DNA of 48,984 nt from positions 1-48,984 of the IMG/VR virus record IMGVR_UViG_3300050015_000397; one strand, 5' to 3'. This document shows, piece after piece, positions 1 through 7,453 of this stretch. The position numbers and the translations under genes are program-made. The stretch is from a virus. A model generated the notes under the pieces. The model worked only from the letters and a program-made list of their open reading frames with translations. It searched no databases and had not been told where the DNA came from. Position 1 is the stretch's first letter; the number at the start of each line of letters is the position of its first letter.

Positions 1-127
1 CTGAAATGCTTAGAGTTATACAAACTTTCAAACCGACATACATCATTGCTGAAAACGTGCGTGGACTCCTTACTATCAACAACGGACTGGTATTCGAACA
101 AGTCTGCCTTGACCTGGAAGCCAGTGG
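1..127. repeat. Terminal overlap, identical to 48858-48984 (circular closure of the contig)
   Basis: Both ends compared base by base. The overlap lies in the middle of an ORF, so it is an assembly or circular-permutation overlap rather than a physical end repeat. Confidence 0.95.
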
Positions 128-608
128 CTACGAAGTCCAGCCGTTTATTATTCCAGCTGTTTCCGTCAACGCCCCGCACAGAAGAGATAGGCTCTGGTTT
201 ATTGCCTACAGCAAGAGTAAGCTCGGCGAACGGAGCCAGCCAGAACGAAGTGCGTTTGGGGAACCCCAAACGCCGACTGGAAACGGAGATAGCCTTACTG
301 CCGACACCCCGGGCGGGAAATCCAGGGAGCAGACCGAACGGCAAAGGGGGGAAGATTTTAGCCGAGGAGATTGGGAAGCCAACTGGCTTGAAGTTGCAAC
401 CGAGCTTTGTGGAGTGGATGATGGGTTACCCGTTGAATTGGTCGAATTTAAACTCACCAAATCCGGACACCGAGTTGAAAGATTAAAAAGTTTAGGAAAC
501 TCAATAGTGCCTCAGGTGGCTATAGAAATATTTAAAACTATAAAAACGGCTTCACAGGATGCCCCCCACAGCCCCGTAAAACTTCCCCCAGGGGATAATG
601 GTCGGTGA
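1..608 (+). CDS. DNA (cytosine-5)-methyltransferase, 3' part (same gene as 48527..48984)
   Basis: IIAENVRGL, APHRRDRLWFIAY, CGVDDGLP..RVERLKSLGNSIVPQVA (motif X-like); stop at 606-608. Confidence 0.9.
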   Translation, partial: EMLRVIQTFKPTYIIAENVRGLLTINNGLVFEQVCLDLEASGYEVQPFIIPAVSVNAPHRRDRLWFIAYSKSKLGERSQPERSAFGEPQTPTGNGDSLTADTPGGKSREQTERQRGEDFSRGDWEANWLEVATELCGVDDGLPVELVEFKLTKSGHRVERLKSLGNSIVPQVAIEIFKTIKTASQDAPHSPVKLPPGDNGR

Positions 609-623
609 AAATAATTAATAAGA
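594..623 (+). repeat. 30-bp direct repeat at the 3' flank of the C5 methylase gene
   Basis: gataatggtcggtgaaaataattaataaga matches 48449-48479 with one extra g in the partner. Confidence 0.9.
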
Positions 624-634
624 GAGGAGATGGG

Positions 635-832
635 ATGATTAAAGATTTACCTGAAGGACAGACGCATAGCCAGCAAGACGGATGTGGAGATATTGACCAC
701 AATGAGTGGTGCGGCGGATGTGGCAAATTATTAAGACGCTATGTACCAACATTAAATAGTAAATGGGACGGACATAGCTACTGGTGCAAGTGCCATAAAT
801 GGCCTAAAGGGTATGTAGTGAGTATAGGATAA
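635..832 (+). CDS. Small Cys/His-rich protein (65 aa)
   Basis: ATG 635 preceded by GAGGAG. The track ORF starts at GTG 605, inside the repeat. Contains CGD..H..WCGGCG..WCKCH. Confidence 0.6.
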   Translation: MIKDLPEGQTHSQQDGCGDIDHNEWCGGCGKLLRRYVPTLNSKWDGHSYWCKCHKWPKGYVVSIG

Positions 833-866
833 TTTATTAACGCCGCTTTGCGGCAGAAGGGAAAGT

Positions 867-1106
867 ATGCCAGGAAATTTTGTTTCAGAACGTAAAAAAA
901 TCTACGATTGGTTAAAAAAGCAGGGACTTGAGTTTACTGAAGCCCAACATGAAGAGATAAAAGCCTTGTTGTTAGAGTATACTGAACGGATAAGTACAGA
1001 ACTTAAACAGCAAATAAAAAGTTATCAGAACCATTTAGTTCAGTGTGAACTTTATAAGAATAGAGTTAATAGAAAAAAATCATTAACCGGTATGAAAAAA
1101 GTATGA
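867..1106 (+). CDS. Hypothetical protein (79 aa)
   Basis: ORF with GGGAAAG upstream; 4-nt overlap with the next gene. Confidence 0.65.
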   Translation: MPGNFVSERKKIYDWLKKQGLEFTEAQHEEIKALLLEYTERISTELKQQIKSYQNHLVQCELYKNRVNRKKSLTGMKKV

Positions 1107-1591
1107 ACAAAACCTTTGACGGTTATTTAATATATGTTGACGACAGATTTGTTTTCGCGGCAACAAGTTTAGTAGACGCGGAAGCGGCAGTGGCAAGATT
1201 TAAAGTCGAACATCCAAAATCTAAAGTAGTTTATATTCCAAGAGAAATAGAGATGCCGAAGATGAAGCGTTACATTGTCCCGTGCTTACAACATTACCCA
1301 GGCTACGAATTAACCTGTGCCGTAGATTTAGAAGACCTGGAAATGGAAACTTACCCGTGGAGTAACTGTAAGTTAGACTTAATAAGGGCAGAAGAATGTC
1401 CTGAAGATGAAGATACCTTTAGGAAAGTAACTAATAAATTCTTCTCGGAGTTTGTACACCGGGCAGATAGAAAAACTTATAAGGGACTAACGAACATTGA
1501 GCATTGTTATGGTTGCGGCACAGTTCAAAACTTTAAAGGATATTGTATAGTTTGTAAATCTGAAAAAGACGAAAAAAGACCCAGAGATTAA
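1103..1591 (+). CDS. Hypothetical protein with C-terminal CxxC..CxxC zinc ribbon (162 aa)
   Basis: ATGA overlap with the upstream gene; HCYGCG...CIVCK. Confidence 0.7.
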   Translation: MNKTFDGYLIYVDDRFVFAATSLVDAEAAVARFKVEHPKSKVVYIPREIEMPKMKRYIVPCLQHYPGYELTCAVDLEDLEMETYPWSNCKLDLIRAEECPEDEDTFRKVTNKFFSEFVHRADRKTYKGLTNIEHCYGCGTVQNFKGYCIVCKSEKDEKRPRD

Positions 1592-1722
1592 TTCTCTAGG
1601 TCCTTTTCTTTTTCCTTATATGCGGCGGCCATGGCTCTTTGCCTTTCCCTGGATCTCTGCCGCTTGGCTTCTTTAAGTTCGGCTTTGTAGAGCGAGGCTA
1701 GGGCCGGGTCGTTCTGCTCCAT
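1588..1722 (-). CDS. Possible 44-aa K/E/R-rich ORF downstream of the helicase
   Basis: My own translation: MEQNDPALASLYKAELKEAKRQRSRERQRAMAAAYKEKEKDLEN. No clear SD. Confidence 0.25.
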   Translation of the reverse strand: MEQNDPALASLYKAELKEAKRQRSRERQRAMAAAYKEKEKDLEN

Positions 1723-1744
1723 AAAAACTAAAGCGGATAAATTT

Positions 1745-3148
1745 TTAGACATTGAGTAACTCCTTTAAGTCGTCTAAATTAAAGACGGCTTCATTAATAA
1801 TTTTCTTTTTTTCTAATATTTTAAGCATGTGTTCGTCTACGGTGTGTGCGGCCGCAATCGTGTAGCTGAAGGTAGGCTCAACTGTTGTCTGTCTGCGTAT
1901 GCGGCCGGATAGTTGCACATTACGGCCAATCGAGAAAGGTGTATCTAATCTGATTAAGTAAGAGGCTTCTTCGAAACTTAATGCTTCACTCCCGGCCGTG
2001 GAAAGGATAAGCACCCGGCAGTTCGGATCGGTCTTAAACCTCTTGCGGTTTTCTTCCGCGTCCATACCGCCTACAATATAGACCGGGTTATAATCTGCCA
2101 TTAGAGGTAATAGGGAGGGTAGAAGTCGGCGCGCAAACCAAGAGTAAACTATTAGCTTGCGAGTATTCCCGGCAAGGACTTCATCAACTTTATCTTTTAA
2201 TAGTTCCAGCTTAGTGGAGGGTATGCCGGAGTGACCGATAAGATCCGCGCTGTCTGTTAGCTCTGATAATTTCTGTAATTTTGTGAGGGCGTTCTGTAAA
2301 CTTATAGGATTTTTAACTAAATCAATGTGTACTGGATCGACTTCCAGTAATAGCTCGGCTCTTATGTCACTGTAGAGCTTAGATTCTTTCGGACTTAGCT
2401 CATATCTAATAGTTTCGTCAATATGCGGCGGCATTTGAGGGCAGACTTCCTGTAGGGTTCTATGGATAATATACGGCTTGATAATTTCTCCAAGCTTAGA
2501 AAGTTTAGAAGTGCGCGCGCCTAAAATGTAACCAAAGGTCGGATGTTTATACATATACTCATTTACAAAATATAAATAGTTTGGGAATAATTCCGGGCGC
2601 AAAATATTAAAAATTCCGAAAATATCCATCGGCGAATTCATTAAAATCGTGGCAGTAGTGCCGTACATTCTCGGCCGCGGAAAACCCTGTTGCTTATAGT
2701 AAGCCAAAAGCTTGCGTAAGTTCTTATGGGTTTTTGTAGTGGTAGAGCAAAGCTTGTGAATCTCGTCAAAGATAATAGTCTGAAATGCCGGCAGGCCGGC
2801 AATAATACCGGCGTCGATCCTTAATTGATCGTATGTGAGCAAAATTAAGCCTTTATTCTCCAAATAGGCTTTTTTACGCTGTCCTGGAGTGCCAAAAATG
2901 ACCACAGGCGCTAGTTCCGGCCTAAAGGCCTGTATCTCATCGGCGTACTGGAATAATGCCTTTTTGGGCATAATTATTAGCGTACGGCCGGATATTAAAC
3001 TGATCCCGATACAGGATTTGCCAATTCCCGGCTCTCCATTGTGAATACAGTTACCGATAGAGGACATAAGGTCGCTGTCGGTTTTTTGGAAGGGTTTTGG
3101 AGTTTTGGTTGGTTGAATATTTTGCATAGATTTGCCGGCAGTATGCAT
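1745..3148 (-). CDS. SNF2/DEAD-like helicase
   Basis: GEPGIGKS (motif I), FDEIHKL (motif II), LILSTAGSEALSFEEAS..SGRIRR (motifs V-VI). First ATG is at 3148; the track start 3187 is GTG; another ATG at 3127. Confidence 0.85.
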   Translation of the reverse strand: MHTAGKSMQNIQPTKTPKPFQKTDSDLMSSIGNCIHNGEPGIGKSCIGISLISGRTLIIMPKKALFQYADEIQAFRPELAPVVIFGTPGQRKKAYLENKGLILLTYDQLRIDAGIIAGLPAFQTIIFDEIHKLCSTTTKTHKNLRKLLAYYKQQGFPRPRMYGTTATILMNSPMDIFGIFNILRPELFPNYLYFVNEYMYKHPTFGYILGARTSKLSKLGEIIKPYIIHRTLQEVCPQMPPHIDETIRYELSPKESKLYSDIRAELLLEVDPVHIDLVKNPISLQNALTKLQKLSELTDSADLIGHSGIPSTKLELLKDKVDEVLAGNTRKLIVYSWFARRLLPSLLPLMADYNPVYIVGGMDAEENRKRFKTDPNCRVLILSTAGSEALSFEEASYLIRLDTPFSIGRNVQLSGRIRRQTTVEPTFSYTIAAAHTVDEHMLKILEKKKIINEAVFNLDDLKELLNV

Positions 3149-3161
3149 AGATTTGCCGGCA
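3123..3161. repeat. 21-bp tandem duplication in the helicase 5' end
   Basis: tgcatagatttgccggca occurs twice (3123-3140 and 3144-3161), giving AGKSMHT/AGKSMQN. Confidence 0.85.
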
Positions 3162-3173
3162 AGAGAATACAAA

Positions 3174-3434
3174 TTACTTAAAATCACTAGTCGCGGCCAC
3201 GTTATTAGCGTGGATTAAGTCTTGAGCTTCCTGTAAGTCCGTAAGACAGACGGCGCGCGTGTTCCATAAGTCCAGATAAGACTCGGCGCGCTTGTTGATT
3301 ATAGGTTGCTGAAACGAGTAGTTATGCGTTACTGTCCGATAGAGCAAAAACGAGAGGACGACAATAATTAAGTATAGATACTTATGTCTACGCACGGACG
3401 AGAGCCAGTGCTTGAAACTTTGCCATTTAGTCAT
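3174..3434 (-). CDS. Small membrane protein (86 aa)
   Basis: One hydrophobic helix, YLYLIIVVLSFLLY. Confidence 0.65.
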   Translation of the reverse strand: MTKWQSFKHWLSSVRRHKYLYLIIVVLSFLLYRTVTHNYSFQQPIINKRAESYLDLWNTRAVCLTDLQEAQDLIHANNVAATSDFK

Positions 3435-3511
3435 TTTTGTTTTGATTTCTCCGTAAGATTAGCCTCACGGCGCGGGGCTTCCTGCAAGGCAGAAGGCCGG
3501 GCGCGGGGGGG

Positions 3512-3763
3512 TTAAACTGGTTCGTAAGTTTTTTCAAATATGTCGGGCTTGCAGGGGTAGAATTCGCCTGCCACGCCCTTGATAATCCAGTCATTGGCTC
3601 TTGCTCCGATATTGCCTTCAAGGGTTCTGATTTCAATAAAACACTCATCCATTGAAGTTCTGTCCATAATGTTTTCATCTCCAATAAAAATCAAACATTC
3701 TTCCCAAGTGGCTATGGTTAGTGACATTGCTTCAATAACTACTGGTTTTTTTCTAAATTTCAT
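3512..3763 (-). CDS. Small phage protein, PGDYG-like family (83 aa)
   Basis: Start taken at MKFRKKPVVIEA. C-terminal signature NDWIIKGVAGEFYPCKPDIFEKTYE. Family name recalled from memory. Confidence 0.65.
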   Translation of the reverse strand: MKFRKKPVVIEAMSLTIATWEECLIFIGDENIMDRTSMDECFIEIRTLEGNIGARANDWIIKGVAGEFYPCKPDIFEKTYEPV

Positions 3764-3836
3764 AAACTTAAACTTTCTCCAGAGCTTTAGCACTCCGGCT
3801 ATTGCCCACTCATTCGGGCGGGCAAGGGCGGGGGGA

Positions 3837-4175
3837 CTAAGAAGCTTTACTATGCCATTCATCAGTATTTACAAACTTTTCTTTTAAACACTTATCACAA
3901 TAATAACTATTTTGTCTTTCAGCAGGTCTAATACCATTATTCCAGTATTCACCTTTATAAACCCAATGATGTTCACACACATGCTCTAATTCTTCAAAGT
4001 ATTTATCTAATCCTTTAGCTATTTCTTCTTCACCTGGGGTCATTGTATATTCTTGACCATTAGTGGGTTGTCCATTTTCATCGGTTATTTTAGTTACTTG
4101 ATTTTCCATAGCTTCAAGATTCCCAATACTAAATTCTGGTTCTTTGCCTGGAAACAACATTCCTTTAATTTCCAT
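3837..4175 (-). CDS. Hypothetical Cys/His-containing protein (112 aa)
   Basis: ORF preceded by AAAGGAAAAAT-ATG. Confidence 0.7.
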   Translation of the reverse strand: MEIKGMLFPGKEPEFSIGNLEAMENQVTKITDENGQPTNGQEYTMTPGEEEIAKGLDKYFEELEHVCEHHWVYKGEYWNNGIRPAERQNSYYCDKCLKEKFVNTDEWHSKAS

Positions 4176-4459
4176 ATTTTTCCTTTAGGTGGACGATGAG
4201 TATGTCGTCTTTAATTATTTACTCACGGCTAATGTCAATTTCTTGCTTCGGTTTAACCCATTAGGGCTGATGTTGGTGTTAATAGTCGCCTCTTACGAGG
4301 TAAATCCGGTTTACTCCGGCACCACACCAGCCCATAACAGGCAAGGGAATACTATATGCTCCATCCGCCTAGGCGGAGCGGAGAAAACTTGCGTGATGTC
4401 TTTATCACAGAGCACACAAGCCCGGGCCGGCAACGAAGTTATCGGCGGGGGTTTGGGGG

Positions 4460-4639
4460 CTAAAAATAATCATTCTCTATTTTAGCTTTAACTAATTTTG
4501 CCGTTATATGGTCGTATAAACTACGCGCTTCCGAATTGCTTTGGGTATTGCCTACAGAAAAATACCATAATTCCATACTTAAATTAGTGCCCCTAAACTT
4601 TTCCTTTTCAGCATAAAACTTTATTTCTTTTTCGGTCAT
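4460..4639 (-). CDS. Hypothetical protein (59 aa), below the track cutoff
   Basis: My own translation: MTEKEIKFYAEKEKFRGTNLSMELWYFSVGNTQSNSEARSLYDHITAKLVKAKIENDYF. Confidence 0.5.
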   Translation of the reverse strand: MTEKEIKFYAEKEKFRGTNLSMELWYFSVGNTQSNSEARSLYDHITAKLVKAKIENDYF

Positions 4640-4689
4640 ACAATTTATTGTTAATGTTTAATCTCTTAAAGTAGCGGCTGGAGGGTTAG

Positions 4690-4863
4690 TTATTTTATAG
4701 TTAAAACTGCGTCTTTGGTTATATCACCGTCAATGCGGACAATATATTTTGTTTCATCGTTTATAACACCTTCTTTCCCACTTTTGCCATTATGTTTCCA
4801 CGGGATAAATTTATCCATTAAGTATTCTGCTCCACCGTCTGTCTTGTGATAGTATAATTTCAT
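4690..4863 (-). CDS. Hypothetical protein (57 aa), below the track cutoff
   Basis: My own translation: MKLYYHKTDGGAEYLMDKFIPWKHNGKSGKEGVINDETKYIVRIDGDITKDAVLTIK. Preceded by TATAAAGGAAATATAT-ATG. Confidence 0.6.
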   Translation of the reverse strand: MKLYYHKTDGGAEYLMDKFIPWKHNGKSGKEGVINDETKYIVRIDGDITKDAVLTIK

Positions 4864-4951
4864 ATATATTTCCTTTATATTCCAGCCGTTGCCTTAAGAG
4901 GCTAACGGGGTTGTGTTATCACCCCTCGGAATAAACGGGCGGCGTGGTTGA

Positions 4952-5287
4952 TTAAAATTGTTTAACTGCTGATATTTGTAACAAGAAGTTTTCAAGCTCC
5001 GTATTATAACCGTCATCCGATGTAAAAGTATCAAAGTTTATTTTTGCGGCTTTAATAGATTTCTCAACTACTTCACGGGTTAAATGCATAGCGTCTTTAC
5101 ACGATTGGCAATAAGTTGAGTATTCTGTGCATGTGCAATTATTGGGCTTTACTAAATCTATGTTAGCGTGAACCCAGTTGCAAGCCGTTCCAGTTCCTTT
5201 AGTAACCGATATTTTAACAGGGCGATTTTTAAAAAGAGTCCTTAAAATCGTCCTTACTTTTTTGGCGTTTTCTATTGTGGTATTCAT
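4952..5287 (-). CDS. Hypothetical Cys-rich protein (111 aa)
   Basis: ORF preceded by AAAAGGGAAATTAT-ATG. Confidence 0.7.
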   Translation of the reverse strand: MNTTIENAKKVRTILRTLFKNRPVKISVTKGTGTACNWVHANIDLVKPNNCTCTEYSTYCQSCKDAMHLTREVVEKSIKAAKINFDTFTSDDGYNTELENFLLQISAVKQF

Positions 5288-5380
5288 ATAATTTCCCTTT
5301 TATGTTTATGCCTCCCGCTTATGCCGGTAGGCGATAACACTTGTATTTTGCAAGCCTAACAAAGAGCGGGGCGGTTAAGA

Positions 5381-5563
5381 TTATAATAATCCCAAACTCT
5401 TTAAAAATATTCTATATTGTGTCTTACTTTTAAATTCTTTTATCGTTTCGTCAGTTACTACATCACGAGCGAAATAAAGCGGTACACTTACATAACTTTC
5501 GCCAGCACGATTCCGGCGATATATAATAATTTTATCGCTTGTAAACATTCTAGTTAATACCAT
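5381..5563 (-). CDS. Hypothetical protein (60 aa)
   Basis: ORF preceded by ATAAAGGGAGTAAATAT-ATG. Confidence 0.6.
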   Translation of the reverse strand: MVLTRMFTSDKIIIYRRNRAGESYVSVPLYFARDVVTDETIKEFKSKTQYRIFLKSLGLL

Positions 5564-5643
5564 ATATTTACTCCCTTTATGCCCTGCTCTTTACAAGGCT
5601 TGCAAGATACTGCCCTAGCGTTTCAGCAAGGGGCTTTTTACCG

Positions 5644-6081
5644 TTATACGGTGATTTCACTTGCTCGGAATAGTTTTTCTATTGGCCAATTTTTCCTATA
5701 ACGCTTTAAAAGCGTAAAATATGGCAGATTAAACTCTTTTGCCCATTCTGATAGGCATTGAGTTTTGCTATTAAAAGCAATTAGAATATTATTAGTTTTA
5801 TTTTTGCCTTGTTCTCGGAGTGTTGACCATTTGCAATTAGCTTTTGAGTAATTGCCCGCGTTTTTTATTCTGTCTATTGATGTTTGGGTTTCGCCGTATT
5901 TTTCAATATGCAATAAATAACTTTTATACATATCATTTTTAAACTCGGCAAAACTTGGCCATTCAACGCGTATACCTTTATCACCATAATGCGGATATTG
6001 AACGGCGTTTTTGTTATTGCAACGCGTTAGCATACAATGCCATATCCGATAAAATCGGGTATTATATAGGCCGTGCTTCAT
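5644..6081 (-). CDS. AP2/homing-endonuclease-associated DNA-binding-like protein (145 aa)
   Basis: YRIWHCMLTRCNN..YPHYGDKGIRV..W..F..F..DM ... SIDRI.NAGNYS..NC.W signature, recalled from phage AP2-type proteins. Confidence 0.6.
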   Translation of the reverse strand: MKHGLYNTRFYRIWHCMLTRCNNKNAVQYPHYGDKGIRVEWPSFAEFKNDMYKSYLLHIEKYGETQTSIDRIKNAGNYSKANCKWSTLREQGKNKTNNILIAFNSKTQCLSEWAKEFNLPYFTLLKRYRKNWPIEKLFRASEITV

Positions 6082-6207
6082 AAAAAAATAGTATTCTGTC
6101 CGCGTTATAGTTGGCCTACAACACAGACATAATACTATTTACCAGACGGCCAACATCTGATAAATAGAGTATAGCACAGAAAACCTATTCTAAGCAAGTG
6201 ATATTTT

Positions 6208-6232
6208 TTATACAGAGCAAGGCAAGGCGGAC
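6208..6232. repeat. Left arm of a 25-bp inverted repeat bracketing a two-gene cassette
   Basis: ttatacagagcaaggcaaggcggac matches the reverse complement of 6705-6730 at 21/25. Confidence 0.75.
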
Positions 6233-6249
6233 GATTATAGATTAAATCT

Positions 6250-6429
6250 CTATTCCCATTTTTTATTTTTTATCCCGTACAAGTCCTTTAAAAGTAATAT
6301 TTTATGATTAGAATAATAAGTATAATCAATACTATTTTTAAGGGGGTCAAGATGGTCTAGTTTATCATAGATAATTTTAAGTTTCCTATTGATACTATCT
6401 ATTGCCTGTTGTCTAGTTTCTTTTATCAT
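6250..6429 (-). CDS. Hypothetical protein (59 aa), below the track cutoff
   Basis: My own translation: MIKETRQQAIDSINRKLKIIYDKLDHLDPLKNSIDYTYYSNHKILLLKDLYGIKNKKWE. Starts 5 nt after the upstream stop. Confidence 0.5.
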   Translation of the reverse strand: MIKETRQQAIDSINRKLKIIYDKLDHLDPLKNSIDYTYYSNHKILLLKDLYGIKNKKWE

Positions 6430-6433
6430 TGGA

Positions 6434-6685
6434 TTAAATTTTAAATACGAAACTATCTTTATCCGCTATGCAAAAGGTTTCAATGGCTAGTTTTTTATTC
6501 TGCATATGGATTTTAGCGTTGCGTAAGCTGTCCATAAGTCCGCGACCGTATTGATAAGTCTTTCCGGCGATAAAGATTTCAAGTTCATTATCTGATAAAC
6601 TTTTTAACGCTTGGATAGAATTAGGAATGTTCCGGCACTTATCGGCAATAATATTATATTGGGCAATTAGTTGTTTCTCGTTCAT
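6434..6685 (-). CDS. Hypothetical protein (83 aa)
   Basis: ORF preceded by TATAAAGGAAATATAACTAT-ATG. Confidence 0.65.
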   Translation of the reverse strand: MNEKQLIAQYNIIADKCRNIPNSIQALKSLSDNELEIFIAGKTYQYGRGLMDSLRNAKIHMQNKKLAIETFCIADKDSFVFKI

Positions 6686-6704
6686 ATAGTTATATTTCCT
6701 TTAT

Positions 6705-6730
6705 ATCCGCCTTGCTATACTCTGTATAAG
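6705..6730. repeat. Right arm of the inverted repeat (partner of 6208-6232)
   Basis: atccgccttgctatactctgtataag. Confidence 0.75.
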
Positions 6731-6799
6731 TTTTTAAAGAACTGTTTAACCGTTTAATGATAACGGCGGGGTTATTGCTTTAATAGGCTATAACTTGTC

Positions 6800-6835
6800 C
6801 GCGTCCGCCGGCAAACTTTTACCGGCAAGGCGGAC
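6800..6835. promoter_or_regulatory. Palindrome/hairpin GTCCGCC-GGCAAAC TT TTACCGGC-AAGGCGGAC (operator or terminator candidate)
   Basis: Core gccggcaaacttttaccggc pairs at 8/10 positions and is flanked by gtccgcc/ggcggac. T7 run at 6843-6849. Similar half-sites ccggcaaac at 6940 and tttaccggc at 6881. Confidence 0.45.
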
Positions 6836-6838
6836 AAA

Positions 6839-7009
6839 CTAATTTTTTTGATAGTGGTTAATAATTACCTTTAGAGGAAGTTTACCGGCAGAGCGTAAAC
6901 AAGAAAATGTATTCGCGGCGATGTGATGATGTTCCGCGTTCCGGCAAACTTTACCTTGAGTATATTCGCGTTCTAGTTGGAGGGCGCGGATATGTTTTTC
7001 ATATGTCAT
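6839..7009 (-). CDS. Possible 56-aa ORF in the regulatory region
   Basis: My own translation: MTYEKHIRALQLEREYTQGKVCRNAEHHHIAANTFSCLRSAGKLPLKVIINHYQKN. No SD seen. Confidence 0.3.
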   Translation of the reverse strand: MTYEKHIRALQLEREYTQGKVCRNAEHHHIAANTFSCLRSAGKLPLKVIINHYQKN

Positions 7010-7180
7010 TTTGTTTGGTTTTTAATAATCTTAAATACATTATAATCCTTATTTTAACAGTTGTCAATAGCGTGGCAGGGCTAAAACTGGCTAAACTGTG
7101 GATAACTGGAAAATAAAGGCGTTAATAAAGGGAAAAATATTACTTGTGGCTTGAATAAGGAAAAAGTATATAGCCAGTTA

Positions 7181-7204
7181 TATCTTGTAGGATATCTTGT
7201 AGGA
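7181..7204. repeat. Perfect 12-bp tandem repeat tatcttgtagga x2
   Basis: Read directly; embedded in a run of GATATA-like motifs (7190-7245). Confidence 0.9.
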
Positions 7205-7453
7205 TATAACAGAGTATATAACGAGTGATATAGGATAGATATAATCAAAAAATGATAAAATGAGATAAAATAAAAGAATTATACGATAAAAGGGTAAAAA
7301 AGTCAAATCTAAAAGGCTTGAATAAGCAAAATATGTTATAATAAATATACAAAAATTGCATAATAAGTATATCAAAGTAAAAAAAGAAAGTAATTTCAAT
7401 TATTATAATGTACTACTGGCAATTTTCAGGGCTTCAGGTAATGTTATGCTACC

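Noticed and set aside
1-127. Terminal repeat as a genuine T7-like direct terminal repeat
   Set aside because: It lies in the middle of an ORF that reads through the junction, and an exact overlap at the contig ends suggests an assembler artefact. Only read-start analysis could settle this.
46-198. First part of the +1 frame in the methylase (…QLFPSTPRTEEIGSG), seen as a possible third LLPTP-like repeat
   Set aside because: The TPR string arises automatically from shifting the conserved APHRR codons, so it is not independent evidence. Only 199-486 is reported.
3427-3887. Overlapping ORFs 3427-3684 (-) and 3579-3887 (+)
   Set aside because: They overlap the better-supported PGDYG-like gene (3512-3763), and no start signals were seen.
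4189-4485. 98-aa plus-strand ORF (GTG start) in the minus-strand operon
   Set aside because: Wrong strand for the operon, no SD, overlaps the 3' end of 4460-4639, and the composition looks non-protein-like. The region is treated as non-coding.
6907-7116. 69-aa plus-strand ORF in the regulatory region
   Set aside because: No SD, isolated, and it runs into the AT-rich region. The opposite-strand 56-aa ORF is only marginally better.
7178-7399. 73-aa very hydrophobic minus-strand ORF
   Set aside because: It is a product of translating extremely AT-rich iteron DNA (Phe/Ile/Leu/Tyr only) and contains the tandem repeats.
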